Source: an uncultured Acidobacteriota bacterium (GTDB lineage Bacteria; Acidobacteriota; Vicinamibacteria; Vicinamibacterales; CAVPJW01). From it: DNA of 64,000 nt. The first letter of the stretch is position 1. Each line of letters begins with the position of its first letter. The DNA is taken from positions 564,914 to 628,913 of the forward strand of contig CAWFOC010000004.1 of NCBI GenBank assembly GCA_963817395.1, given 5' to 3'. Below are positions 28,092 to 37,421 of the stretch, in pieces. The notes beneath the pieces are model-generated. The model made no database searches. It was given only the letters and a program-made list of their open reading frames with translations, and was not told the origin of the DNA. The position numbers and the translations under genes were made by a program.

Positions 28092-29516
28092 TCAGGCGCC
28101 GCGCAAGTGGTGAGCCACGCCCATGGACCAGGTCGCCGGGCCGAACCGTTGAGTTGCGCGTACGAGACCGTATGCTGCGAATATGCAAAGGAATGGCACC
28201 AACGGCGTGCGGAATCTCGAGTAGGCGTCGAGGCCGCCGAGGGCCGCGGTCAGCGTGTAATACGCCGTGCAGCTCAGCAGCCCGCCCGCGACGGCCCGAG
28301 TCTTCACCTCGACAAGCGCGAGCGCGATGCCCACCGCGGCGAGCATGAGGACGGCTGCCGCATGCAGGACCTGCCACACAAACACGGCCAACAAGATCGC
28401 ATCGTTCTGAACGACAACCTGCAGAGATTCCGCAACACGGCCACTGAGGATTCGCCCCAACCCCGGTGGATTCCACGGGAGCCCTGCGGCATAGGCGAGA
28501 TCGGCAGTGTTGTGGCCGATCGACGCCTTTCCGAGGCCGATGAGCGACGACTTCACGACCGCCAATGGGTGCCCGGACACGATTCGCAGGGCCACCTGGC
28601 GCTGACGCGCGTCCATCGAGGCCACGCTCTCGTCGGCCCTCCAGAAGTTGATGCTGCTCGCCATCGGCGTCAACGCGTACTCTTCGGCGATTCGTTGGCG
28701 GGCGGCGTCAGCCGTGAGCCCGTATTCCACCTGGTACACTCCGGCGGCGACGAAGTACACCAGGTTGATGGACTCCACACTCGACAGCTTCCAGATGCCG
28801 TAGAGGCGATGGTTCCGAGCCATCCACGGCAAGACCAACAGGGCTACGACACAGAGCATGATTCCTGCAGCCACCGGCCCCCGCCGAACCCGCCACGTGA
28901 TGAGCTGGGGAACTGTGATCGCAGCCAGAATGACCGGCAGATACAGCCCGGCCGGGCGGACCAGCAGCGCCAGCCCGACCAGGAGGCCAGTGAGCACCGG
29001 CCGATATCCGACGGGCTGCGAGTCGACCAACCTGGGACGTCCGAATGATCCGAACCAGACCGCAACTGCGAGCGTCGCGAGAAACACATAGAGTGCTTCG
29101 CTGAGCGGCTTGAGACTCAGCACCTTCGTCATCAGGTCGCCTGCGTACAAGAAGCCGGCCATCAGCCCGACGGTTCGTCCGGCAAATCGGGCGCCCAGAC
29201 GGTAGACCACGCACGCAGTCGCCGCGACCAACAGTCCCTGCAACACATAAAGCGGCCAGACCTGACCGAACAGCGCGTCCAGGCCACCAGCCAGCAGCGG
29301 GTAGACCGGCGTACGGAAAACGTCGGGCAGGTATGGCGGTTCGGCCTGGCGGGAGTACACCCCGAGCAACCAGAAATTCCTTCCCAGCAGGACGTATTGA
29401 TGCGCGTCGGGACTGTCGGTCAACCGATAGTCAGCAAGATATTGTGGGCGGTGAACAGCGACGAACAGAAGCAGCAGCGCGTGAAGCACGAAGGCGATTA
29501 CGCCGATCGTTATCAT
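28092..29516 (-). CDS. Polytopic membrane protein, GT-C/PMT_2-like glycosyltransferase (tentative)
   Basis: Contains MITIGVIAFVLHALLLLFVAVHRPQYLADYRLTDSPDAHQYVLLGRNF...FRTPVYPLLAGG, at least 10 TM helices and a large loop. The start is chosen at MITIGV. Confidence 0.5.
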   Translation of the reverse strand: MITIGVIAFVLHALLLLFVAVHRPQYLADYRLTDSPDAHQYVLLGRNFWLLGVYSRQAEPPYLPDVFRTPVYPLLAGGLDALFGQVWPLYVLQGLLVAATACVVYRLGARFAGRTVGLMAGFLYAGDLMTKVLSLKPLSEALYVFLATLAVAVWFGSFGRPRLVDSQPVGYRPVLTGLLVGLALLVRPAGLYLPVILAAITVPQLITWRVRRGPVAAGIMLCVVALLVLPWMARNHRLYGIWKLSSVESINLVYFVAAGVYQVEYGLTADAARQRIAEEYALTPMASSINFWRADESVASMDARQRQVALRIVSGHPLAVVKSSLIGLGKASIGHNTADLAYAAGLPWNPPGLGRILSGRVAESLQVVVQNDAILLAVFVWQVLHAAAVLMLAAVGIALALVEVKTRAVAGGLLSCTAYYTLTAALGGLDAYSRFRTPLVPFLCIFAAYGLVRATQRFGPATWSMGVAHHLRGA

Positions 29517-29599
29517 GTCGCGCGTTGCGACAGAGCCGTGGCCAAGCGGGGTCGTTTGGTGAGCCGGCGGTGTGATGGGTTGCACGCGCGGCGTCCGTC

Positions 29600-30872
29600 T
29601 CAAATCCGGCCGGGTCCGGGGCTTCCCGACATGTGCGGAACGTCGGCCTGTGGGACAGAGGGGTTGGGCTGCACCGCGACGGCTGAGCACCTGGCATTGA
29701 GGTACGCCAGGCCGCTCTGGCTGACGGTCTCGGCTACGGCAAACGTCGCGGCCGGATGGAGCCGGCACAGGATGTTCAGGGTGACCGTGTCGAACAGATA
29801 CAGCTCCACGGAATAGTGTCCACGGGTCAGATTAGCGGCGAGCCTCCAGGTCATCTCAATCGTCTGCCCTGACCGTACGCTGACGGGGTCGCAATCGAGT
29901 GACGTGCTGAGGGCGGCGTACACGACCTCGCTCTTTTCGAGGCTCCGAAACCGGATACCCGATGCCAGAGAGGCCCGGGTGTCTGCAACGAGGACGCGCG
30001 CCCAGAGGGCAATCTCATCACCGGCATGCACTCGTTGGGTCGGCAGCCCCTGGGCGTCCCGCAGTTCGACGATGACTTCAGTGGATCCACTGGTCGAGTC
30101 GGCCGGCCCATGGTCCTGGACCATCTTGGCGTAGGCGGCGATGCCCTCGTCGACCGGCGCAAGTGCCTCGATCCCGCCGCGTCTGAGCACCAGCGCATGG
30201 TCACAGAGCGAGGCGACGACCGAAAGGTTGTGGGAAACGAACACGATCCCGACGCCAGCACTCTTGAACCGCATCATGCGTTCGAAGCATCGTTCCTGAA
30301 ATCTCATGTCTCCCACCGACAGCACCTCGTCGATGAGCAGCACCTCCGGATCCAGATGGGCGGCAATCGAAAAACCAAGCCTCGCTTGCATGCCGGAACT
30401 GTAGCGCTTGATCTGCGTGTCCACGAACTCGCCAACTTCGGCAAACTCGACGATCTCATCGAATGTTCTGGCGATCTCGGCGCGCTTCATGCCCATGACC
30501 GCGCCCTGGAGATAGATGTTCTCCCGGCCCGTGAGGTCCGGGTGAAATCCGGCGGCCAGTTCGATGAGCGCACCCGTGCGCCCGCGGACGATCAGGGATC
30601 CCCGGGTGGGTTTGAGAATCTTCGTCAGGAGCTTCAGAGACGGTCGACTTGCCCGCGCCGTTCGGACCGATGATGGCCAGGGCGGTCCCTGGCTGAACCT
30701 CGAACGACACATCCTTGACGGCCCAGAACTCGTCCTCCTGGAGATCCGACGCCAGGAGCCGGTCGCGAAGGCCATTGAAGAACGACGGAATGAGATCTCG
30801 CAGGCTGTCGTGGCGCTCGCCACGCCGGAATTTCTTCCAGACGCCATCGAACTCGACACAGGGAGCTCCCAC
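29600..30872 (-). CDS. wzt: Polysaccharide ABC exporter ATP-binding protein with extended C-terminal domain (Wzt-like); one frameshift near 30640
   Basis: Walker A IIGPNGAGKST lies in ORF 30456..30920. ORF 29600..30859 carries the signature YSSGMQARLGFS, Walker B LLIDEVLSVGD, and about 170 extra C-terminal residues. The GTG start overlaps the wzm stop (TAGTG). Confidence 0.75.
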
Positions 30873-31675
30873 TAGATATTCTCCGCGAACCTGAACTCGG
30901 CGCGGTGGAACACCAGCCACGCGACAGCCAAGGTTGTCAGCGACACGGCCGTCGCCATCATGAAGGGACCCGCTGGCGGCAATTCGCCCAGGAGCAACAC
31001 TGAGCGGTACGCATCGATGATGGCCGTCATCGGGTTGACCTTCAATACGGCGCCGATTGGCCCCTGTACCAGCTCCGTCGGATAGAGGACGGAGGTGGCG
31101 AACATCCAGACGGTAATGGTCACTTCGAAGAGGTACTTCACGTCGCGATAGAAGAGATTCCCCATCGCCAGGATCAACGCCACGCCGGCGGTAAAGATGA
31201 TCTGGACGAGCAGCACGACTGGCAGAAAAGCCACCGCCGTCGTGATACCGATTCGATAGTAGATCATCATCCCAATCAGGACGATGGAGCCCACGGCGAA
31301 GTCGCCGAGCGACACGAGGATGGTGGAGAACGGAAAAATCTCTCGCGGAAAATAGATCTTGGTCACCAGGCTGACATTGCTCGTGAGCGAGATCACCGAG
31401 AAGCGAAGTGACGAGGCGAAGAAATTCCAGGCAAGCAGTCCGCAGTAGGCGAAGATGGGATAGGGTACGCCGACGTCAATGGGGGCAACCCGCGTGAAGA
31501 TCACCGAAAAGACCGCCGTGTTCACCAGCGGCATGAACACCGCCCAGCCAAATCCCATGACGGTCTGCTTGTACCGCAGCAGCAGGTCGCGCATAGTCAT
31601 CTGGTAGAGGAGCTCGCGGTACTGGAGCTGCTCCGTCACCATTTCGGTGAAGTCTTCACGCAATCGAGTGAACAT
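30872..31675 (-). CDS. wzm: ABC-2 type polysaccharide exporter permease (Wzm-like)
   Basis: 267 aa with 6 TM helices and a typical N-terminus (LQYRELLYQMTMRDLLLRYKQTVMGFGWAVFMPL). A GGGAGAG RBS precedes the ATG. Confidence 0.75.
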   Translation of the reverse strand: MFTRLREDFTEMVTEQLQYRELLYQMTMRDLLLRYKQTVMGFGWAVFMPLVNTAVFSVIFTRVAPIDVGVPYPIFAYCGLLAWNFFASSLRFSVISLTSNVSLVTKIYFPREIFPFSTILVSLGDFAVGSIVLIGMMIYYRIGITTAVAFLPVVLLVQIIFTAGVALILAMGNLFYRDVKYLFEVTITVWMFATSVLYPTELVQGPIGAVLKVNPMTAIIDAYRSVLLLGELPPAGPFMMATAVSLTTLAVAWLVFHRAEFRFAENI

Positions 31676-31907
31676 GCTGACTACGCTCTCCCTTTCGTTT
31701 CAACTTCGAACAACAACGTGGCATCGACGGAGCGATGCTCGGGACGGCAGGTTTCTGCACATCCTCTCACAGTAGTGCACCCGCACGAACCACGCATCAG
31801 GTTGAGACTGCCGCCCGACGGGCTAATCCGGTATCGGCGCAGGGACTCGCAGCCGGAGTGATTGACCGCGTCCGGCACGGGCGTCACGGGCCCTCGGCGG
31901 TTGGCGC

Positions 31908-34180
31908 TTAGCCCTGAATCTCGGCCAGCGCTTTCCGCGCGTCGTCCGCACCGTCGAAGTTCGGACTGAGTTTGAGCGCCTGACTGAGGGCCTCTCGCGC
32001 TTTCACCTTGTCGCCACTGAGCGCGAGCGCGAGACCGAGGTGGTAATGGTAGACGGGGTTCTTCGGGTCTTTGGCGACGCTCTCCTGCAGCGGTGGAATG
32101 GCGAGGTGTGCGAGGCCGCGCTTGTAGTAGATCCAGCCCAGCGTGTCGTTCACTTCAGGCTGGTCCGTCAGCTTGGACTTCGCCGCTTGCGCGAGTTGCA
32201 GCGCGACGTCCATGTTGCCGCCACGCTCGGCATACAGCCAGGCGAGGTTGTTCGCGGCGACGGCGGCTCCCGGATCGATCTGCACGACCGTTTCATAGCG
32301 CTTTTGCGCTTCCTCGTGGCGGCCCTGCATCTGCAAGATCATGCCGACCATGGTGTGCGCGGCCACGGAACGAGGGCTGCGTTTGGCGGCGTTCTCGAAC
32401 TCCTGACGTGCCTGGTCGAGCTTGTTCTGGCCGAGATAGAGCTGGCCCAGCAGACCGTACGCCTGCAGGTTCGCCGGATCGACCGCGATGGCGCTTCGCA
32501 ACAGCTCTTCGCTCTTGGTGAACTCACCAGAGGTGGCGTAGGTGCGCGCGGCCAGCATCAGCACCGCCTGGTCTTTCGGAGCGCGAGCAACGGCCGCGTC
32601 CACCCGCGCGCGTGCCGCTGGAAGATTCTTCGACATCACGTCGATGCCGACGAGGCCCGTGAGCGCTTCGATCGACGTGGGATCAAGCTCCAACGCCCGG
32701 TTGTACGCCGCTTTCGCGGCGGCCACGTCCTTCCTGACCAGCGCCAGCGAGCCCGCGAGTGCGTGCACAGCGGCAGATTTCGGGAACGCCGTCAGCAGCG
32801 GCTTGAGCTCGACTTCGGCTTGCGTGAAGTTCCGTTCGGCGGCGAGCGTGCGTGCGAGGAGCAACCGGGCGTCGGGGTTCCTTGGGGCGTTCTTCACCGC
32901 GTCGGTGGTCAGCTGACGCGCGGTGTCGACGCGCCCGGCGGCCATTTGCAGCCGGGCCAGATCCATCTGCGCCGCCGCCGCTCGCGGGTTGAGCCGCAGG
33001 GTTTCGTTGAGCGCCGCAGTCGCCGCGTCCGTGTCCTTCCGCGCCATATGGACCATGGCCAACGTGTATTGCGCGTCCGCGGACGCTGGATTCGCCGCCA
33101 CGGCCGCCTCGGCGCGCTTCAACGCTTCAACGGTTTGGTTTTCGGCCAGCAGGAATCGGGCTTTCAGCAGGAGCGACAGCACATGGCGCGGGTCCTTCCC
33201 CAACGCTTCGTCGAGCGCCGCGTGCGCCTCCGCGCGCCTGTTCCGTGCGTATTCGACGGTGGCGATGCGAGCCCGCGCCGGACAAATCCCTCGGGCGTGG
33301 CGCCAACCTCCTTCAGGACCTTCATCCCCTCGTCTTGACGTCTCATCAGCAGGTAGTACTCGGCCAGCGCGAGATGCTGCGTCGGATTTTTCGAGGCCTT
33401 GGCCGCCGCCTGGAAATAGGGTTCGGCTTCGGCGGGGCGCCTCGACCTCATGTAATACGTGGCCATCACCCGGTTCGCCAGTAGATCCTTCGGATCGACC
33501 TCGAGCGCCCGCTTGAGCGATTGCTCGCTTTCGATGGGCCGATTCGTGGACCAATAGAGGTTGGCCAGCGCCAGATGTGCGGGAATCGACTTGGGGGCAA
33601 GCCTGACCGCCTCGAGGAAGGCCTTCTCAGCCTCCGCCTGGTTTCCGCGGGCGAGCTGCAGCGCGCCGAGCGTCCCGTAGCCCCTGCTCTCGTCCGGATT
33701 CTCCTGGATGCCCTTTTCGATCTCGGTGACCGCTTGATCCAGGTCCTTCAGGCCGGCCGTGGCGTGCCCGAGCAAGATATGGGCGTCCAGACTCGTCGGC
33801 TCCACCTTCAGAGCCTGTTCTGCCCTGGCCTTGGCGTCGTCGTATCGTCCGGCCAACAGCAGCATCGTCCCGGCCTTGAGCTGCACGTCAGCGCGATCGG
33901 GTAGCAAGTCCGCCGCGCGGATGTACTCGCGAAAGGCGTTTGGAAGATCATTCAGCTGCGTGTAGACCTCGGCCAGCTTGTACCGCGCGTCGCCAAAACG
34001 CGCGTCCTGCTGAATCGCGTTTCGATACTCGATGACCGCTTCGTTGAGCTTCCCCTGCTTCACATAGGAATCGCCGCTGGCAAGATATTCGCGCTTGAGG
34101 GTCTCCGGGTCGCGCGAACAGCCAATGGCGAGCAGGAGCATCAGCCCTGCAGAGCATCGAAGAAATGAGCCGCGTAACAT
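31908..34180 (-). CDS. prsT: PEP-CTERM-system TPR-repeat lipoprotein (PrsT-like); one frameshift near 33285
   Basis: Lipobox LLLAIGCS followed by about 20 TPR repeats spread across ORFs 33164..34180 and 31908..33554. It lies immediately downstream of exosortase and EpsI. Confidence 0.7.
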
Positions 34181-34201
34181 ATCGTCAAACTCCTTGGCGT
34201 A

Positions 34202-34855
34202 TCAGGCGGGCAGGTACCGGCTCAGCATCGGAAAGATTGACTGCACGAAGTCGATGGCCTCTCGTTCGGCGTCATCCGCGCTGTCCCCAACGGGTACGAT
34301 GATCCGCACCAGCGCGCCGTCGGTGCGATTGGTCCGCAAGGCGTCGAGCACCATGTAGATCTTGTTCCAGTACTCGCTGGCGACCACGCGGCCATGACCC
34401 TGGTACCAGTAGATCACGAGTTGTCGATCGATCCCCTTCTCGATCACAAGTCGATTGACTTCAATCGTCTGGGGTGCTGAATCTGCATCCCGCACTGGTA
34501 CCTGGAGGCGAGTCGTGTCGGCTGGTATCCAGCCTCCGCCGGGAAGGCAATTCATGGGTGAATGAATCGTGTCGCCTTCGCGTTGACTGCGGTAGTAGCC
34601 AATGTAGAGTCCGACCGTCGCGCCTCGCCTATTGACATAGACGCGATGGAGGTACTCATCCACCCCGAGCACGGCGAGCACCTTTTCATCGAACGCTTCG
34701 GCATTCTGGCCGCTCCAGTCGGAAATCTCGACCGGACACGCGCTCAACGGGTCGCGCGCGACTGTTGGTTCGGTCTTGCCAGCGCGCGCGAGCGCGACGC
34801 CGACGGTCAGCAGGCAGCCAGCCACGACGAGGACACGGACCGTCATTGAATTCAT
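34202..34855 (-). CDS. epsI: EpsI family protein (exosortase-associated)
   Basis: N-terminal anchor plus the hallmark GDTIHSPMNCLPGGGW, together with YWYQGHGRVVASEYWNK. Confidence 0.8.
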   Translation of the reverse strand: MNSMTVRVLVVAGCLLTVGVALARAGKTEPTVARDPLSACPVEISDWSGQNAEAFDEKVLAVLGVDEYLHRVYVNRRGATVGLYIGYYRSQREGDTIHSPMNCLPGGGWIPADTTRLQVPVRDADSAPQTIEVNRLVIEKGIDRQLVIYWYQGHGRVVASEYWNKIYMVLDALRTNRTDGALVRIIVPVGDSADDAEREAIDFVQSIFPMLSRYLPA

Positions 34856-35730
34856 AGGGATGTTTGGGTGACTGTCTGCGCCGCCGGATGCGGCAGGCGC
34901 GCCGGCGGCATGAAGAGGATGAGCGCTCGTTGAAAAGCGATCAGCAGCACGAACGCCATGCCAAAGAGCAGCCAGCCGGAGAAGGTGTGAAAAAACCCTT
35001 CCGCAGCGGCAGCACCGTAGTAGTGGGCCGCGATGCCCGTACCCGCCACACGGAAGCCGTTGGCGAGAATGGCGATGGGAATCGAGGCGAGCGCGAGGGC
35101 AACCCGAACGCTGATGCGTTTATCCGCGAGGTATCCGAAGACGATGCCCAGCGTCAGGAGCGACACGAGCGATCGGATGCCGCTGCAGGCCTCCGCCACC
35201 TCCAGCTCGGTATTGGCGAGGACGATGATATTGCCGTCGCGGAACACGGGAATTCCGGCCGCTGAGAGCGCGGTTTCGCCGAAGCGAGACGCCAGCAGCT
35301 GAAGCGGGAAGGCAATCTGATTGAACAGAATCGCGGGGATGGGAATCATCAGGACGAGGAATCCCAGCGGGAAGGCCAGAATCCGCAAGTAGTCCCATCC
35401 CCAGAAGACCAGGACGATACCGGCGAGCACGCACAGCAGAGAAATCCGGGTCAGGAACAGCTCGGCGCCTAAAGTGCCTGCGACGAGAAGCGCTAAGCCG
35501 CCGAGGAGAACAACGAGGCCGAACCAATTGGGACGACGCGTCGCGGCCTCGAGACGGTGGCGCCGCTCCCAGGCAAAGAACAGCGCGATCGGCACAATGA
35601 GAAAGCCGTGGGAGTAGTTGTCATCCGTAGCCCAATCGCGGACCAGGCGGAGTATCACCTCGTGATATGCGAAGAGAAAGCACGCGGCGACCAGGCTCCC
35701 CAGCAAGAGGGCGCGTGATGACAGCTTCAT
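34852..35730 (-). CDS. xrtA: Exosortase (XrtA-type by gene context)
   Basis: Contains DNYSHGFLIVPIALFFAWERR, the catalytic-Cys motif EVAEACSGIRSLVSLL, the conserved Arg (ANGFRVAG) and His (FFHTFSGW). It forms an ATGA overlap with epsI. Confidence 0.85.
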   Translation of the reverse strand: MKLSSRALLLGSLVAACFLFAYHEVILRLVRDWATDDNYSHGFLIVPIALFFAWERRHRLEAATRRPNWFGLVVLLGGLALLVAGTLGAELFLTRISLLCVLAGIVLVFWGWDYLRILAFPLGFLVLMIPIPAILFNQIAFPLQLLASRFGETALSAAGIPVFRDGNIIVLANTELEVAEACSGIRSLVSLLTLGIVFGYLADKRISVRVALALASIPIAILANGFRVAGTGIAAHYYGAAAAEGFFHTFSGWLLFGMAFVLLIAFQRALILFMPPARLPHPAAQTVTQTSL

Positions 35731-35783
35731 GCAAGGACACTCGCGCGGAACGGCCGATTCGTCAACACTTCACCTGCCAACAC

Positions 35784-35798
35784 GCAAACTGCCGACCA
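35784..35798 (-). promoter_or_regulatory. Weaker sigma-54 promoter candidate: TGGTCGG-CAGT-TTGC
   Basis: The minus strand reads TGGTCGGCAGTTTGC with correct GG-N10-GC spacing and an exact TTGC. It sits about 50 nt upstream of the exosortase ATG. Positions 4-6 of the -24 element mismatch the consensus. Confidence 0.35.
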
Positions 35799-35912
35799 AT
35801 ACTCGACCCGCGAGTGCAGCAATTAAGTATATGCCTTTTAAAGGTTTAACAATCGCCGCCCGCCAAGTCTTCGTAAAGTTGGGCAGAAAACCCCTATTAC
35901 GGTGACTTAAAT

Positions 35913-35938
35913 CCCGTGGCCGGGCGCCCGGCCACGGG
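35913..35938. repeat. Perfect 26-bp palindrome CCCGTGGCCGGGCGCCCGGCCACGGG
   Basis: The sequence equals its own reverse complement. It lies in the divergent non-coding region between the exosortase operon and sigma-54 activator 1, flanked by an AT-rich patch on one side and CCACCCCCTCCCC on the other. Confidence 0.9.
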
Positions 35939-36139
35939 CCACCCCCTCCCCGCCTACTCGTCCGCCAGCGGCGCGGGACGAGACAACACCACGTTCGGGC
36001 CAGCGAGACCCCACACCGATGTGCGATTCGGTGCACCACCCCCTGTCATATCCTGAGGCTGCCTCCGGCTCAGCCAAGTCTGCCGTCGAATACGACGGGC
36101 GGCCACGTCATGACATTTCCCCGCGAACGCCAGGACGAC

Positions 36140-37258
36140 ATGCAGGACACACCGCAACTAGTCGGGGCGAGCCGATCGATGGTGGCGCTCCACCACCAGA
36201 TCGGAATCGCGGCGAAATCGGACGCGAAAATCCTAATCACGGGCGAGAGCGGTGTTGGGAAAGAGATCGTCGCCCGCCTGATACATGCCAGTAGCGCCCG
36301 GCGGTCTCATGCCTTGGTGGCAGTCAATTGCGCGGGCGTGCCCGAATCACTCCTGGAAAGCGAGCTGTTCGGCCACGTGCGAGGCAGCTTTACGGATGCC
36401 TATCGCGATCGTCCGGGGCTGGTGGATCGAGCCCATCGTGGCACCTTGTTCATGGACGAGGTGTCCGAGATGGGCCTTCGCATGCAGGGACTCCTGCTGC
36501 GGTTTCTCGAGACCGGCGAAATCCAGCCCGTGGGCGGTGAACGACTGCTGCAGCGCGTGGACGTACGGGTGGTCGCCGCCAGCAATCGCGATCTACGGGA
36601 ACAGCTCCAGCGCAAGACGTTCCGCGAGGATCTCTACTATCGCCTGAACGTGATTCATCTCGTGGTGCCGCCGCTCCGGGACCGACGCGATGACATCAGC
36701 GTGTTGCTCGAGCATTTTCTGGCCGTCTTCGAGCAGCAGTATCGTGTGAGCCGACCCAGGTTCAGCGACGACACGTTGAAACGGCTCGTCCGTTACGACT
36801 GGCCTGGCAACGTGAGGGAGCTGCGCAACCTGGTCGAGCGACTGACGGTGAGCACACCGGGAAAGCTCCTGGGGGTGATGGACCTGCCGATGGAGATTCG
36901 TCAGGAGCCGGTGGCGGCATCAGCCTTGGATGCGCCCGCGCGTCAGGTTGCGGACGGGGTCTTCGATCAGATGGTCGACGACGGGCAGTCGTTCTGGGCG
37001 GTCGTCTATGCACCGTTCATGGCGCGCGATCTCACTCGCGACGATCTGCGACAGATCGTCGTACGTGGACTCGAGCGAACCTCCGGCAGCTACAAGATGC
37101 TCGTGCAGCTCTTCAACATGGGGCCGAACGACTACAAGCGTGTGCTGAACTTCCTCCGGAAGCACGAGTGCCACATGCCGTTCCAGAACTTTCGAAATCC
37201 TCCTCTCAAGGCCGCAGGACCGCGCCAGAGCGGGTCATCACGTCCGACGGCTGCGTGA
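36140..37258 (+). CDS. Sigma-54-dependent transcriptional activator, AAA+ core plus C-terminal DNA-binding-like domain, no N-terminal regulatory domain (copy 1)
   Basis: Walker A ITGESGVGKE, GAFTGA-loop variant GSFTDA, Walker B LFMDEV, and RFLETGEIQPVG, REDLYYRLNV, WPGNVRELRN. The AAA+ core starts about 8 aa after MQDTPQLVGAS. The C-terminus is SGSYKMLVQLFNMGPNDYKRVLNFLRKHECHMPF. Confidence 0.8.
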   Translation: MQDTPQLVGASRSMVALHHQIGIAAKSDAKILITGESGVGKEIVARLIHASSARRSHALVAVNCAGVPESLLESELFGHVRGSFTDAYRDRPGLVDRAHRGTLFMDEVSEMGLRMQGLLLRFLETGEIQPVGGERLLQRVDVRVVAASNRDLREQLQRKTFREDLYYRLNVIHLVVPPLRDRRDDISVLLEHFLAVFEQQYRVSRPRFSDDTLKRLVRYDWPGNVRELRNLVERLTVSTPGKLLGVMDLPMEIRQEPVAASALDAPARQVADGVFDQMVDDGQSFWAVVYAPFMARDLTRDDLRQIVVRGLERTSGSYKMLVQLFNMGPNDYKRVLNFLRKHECHMPFQNFRNPPLKAAGPRQSGSSRPTAA

Positions 37259-37421
37259 GCGCGCCGTCGCCGGAGGCGGAGCAACGCGTCTCACAACGAT
37301 GGCTCCGACGTATCCCTGCCTCGGCTGAAGCAGCGACCTCCGGAAGTCGGCGAGACCTGTTGAGTGGAGTGTGCTGCGAATTCCGCGTGATTGGAGGTGT
37401 ACCTAGCGATTCGTCGCCTTG

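Noticed and set aside
31681-31887. 68-aa ORF in the prsT-wzm intergenic gap
   Set aside because: It has a Cys/Arg-rich composition, no RBS and no similarity to anything recognisable. The region more plausibly is the wzm leader, since a strong GGGAGAG RBS precedes the wzm ATG.
35818-35835. GGCAT...TTGCT on the minus strand upstream of the exosortase gene
   Set aside because: The spacing is GG-N13-GC, 3 nt too long for a sigma-54 promoter.
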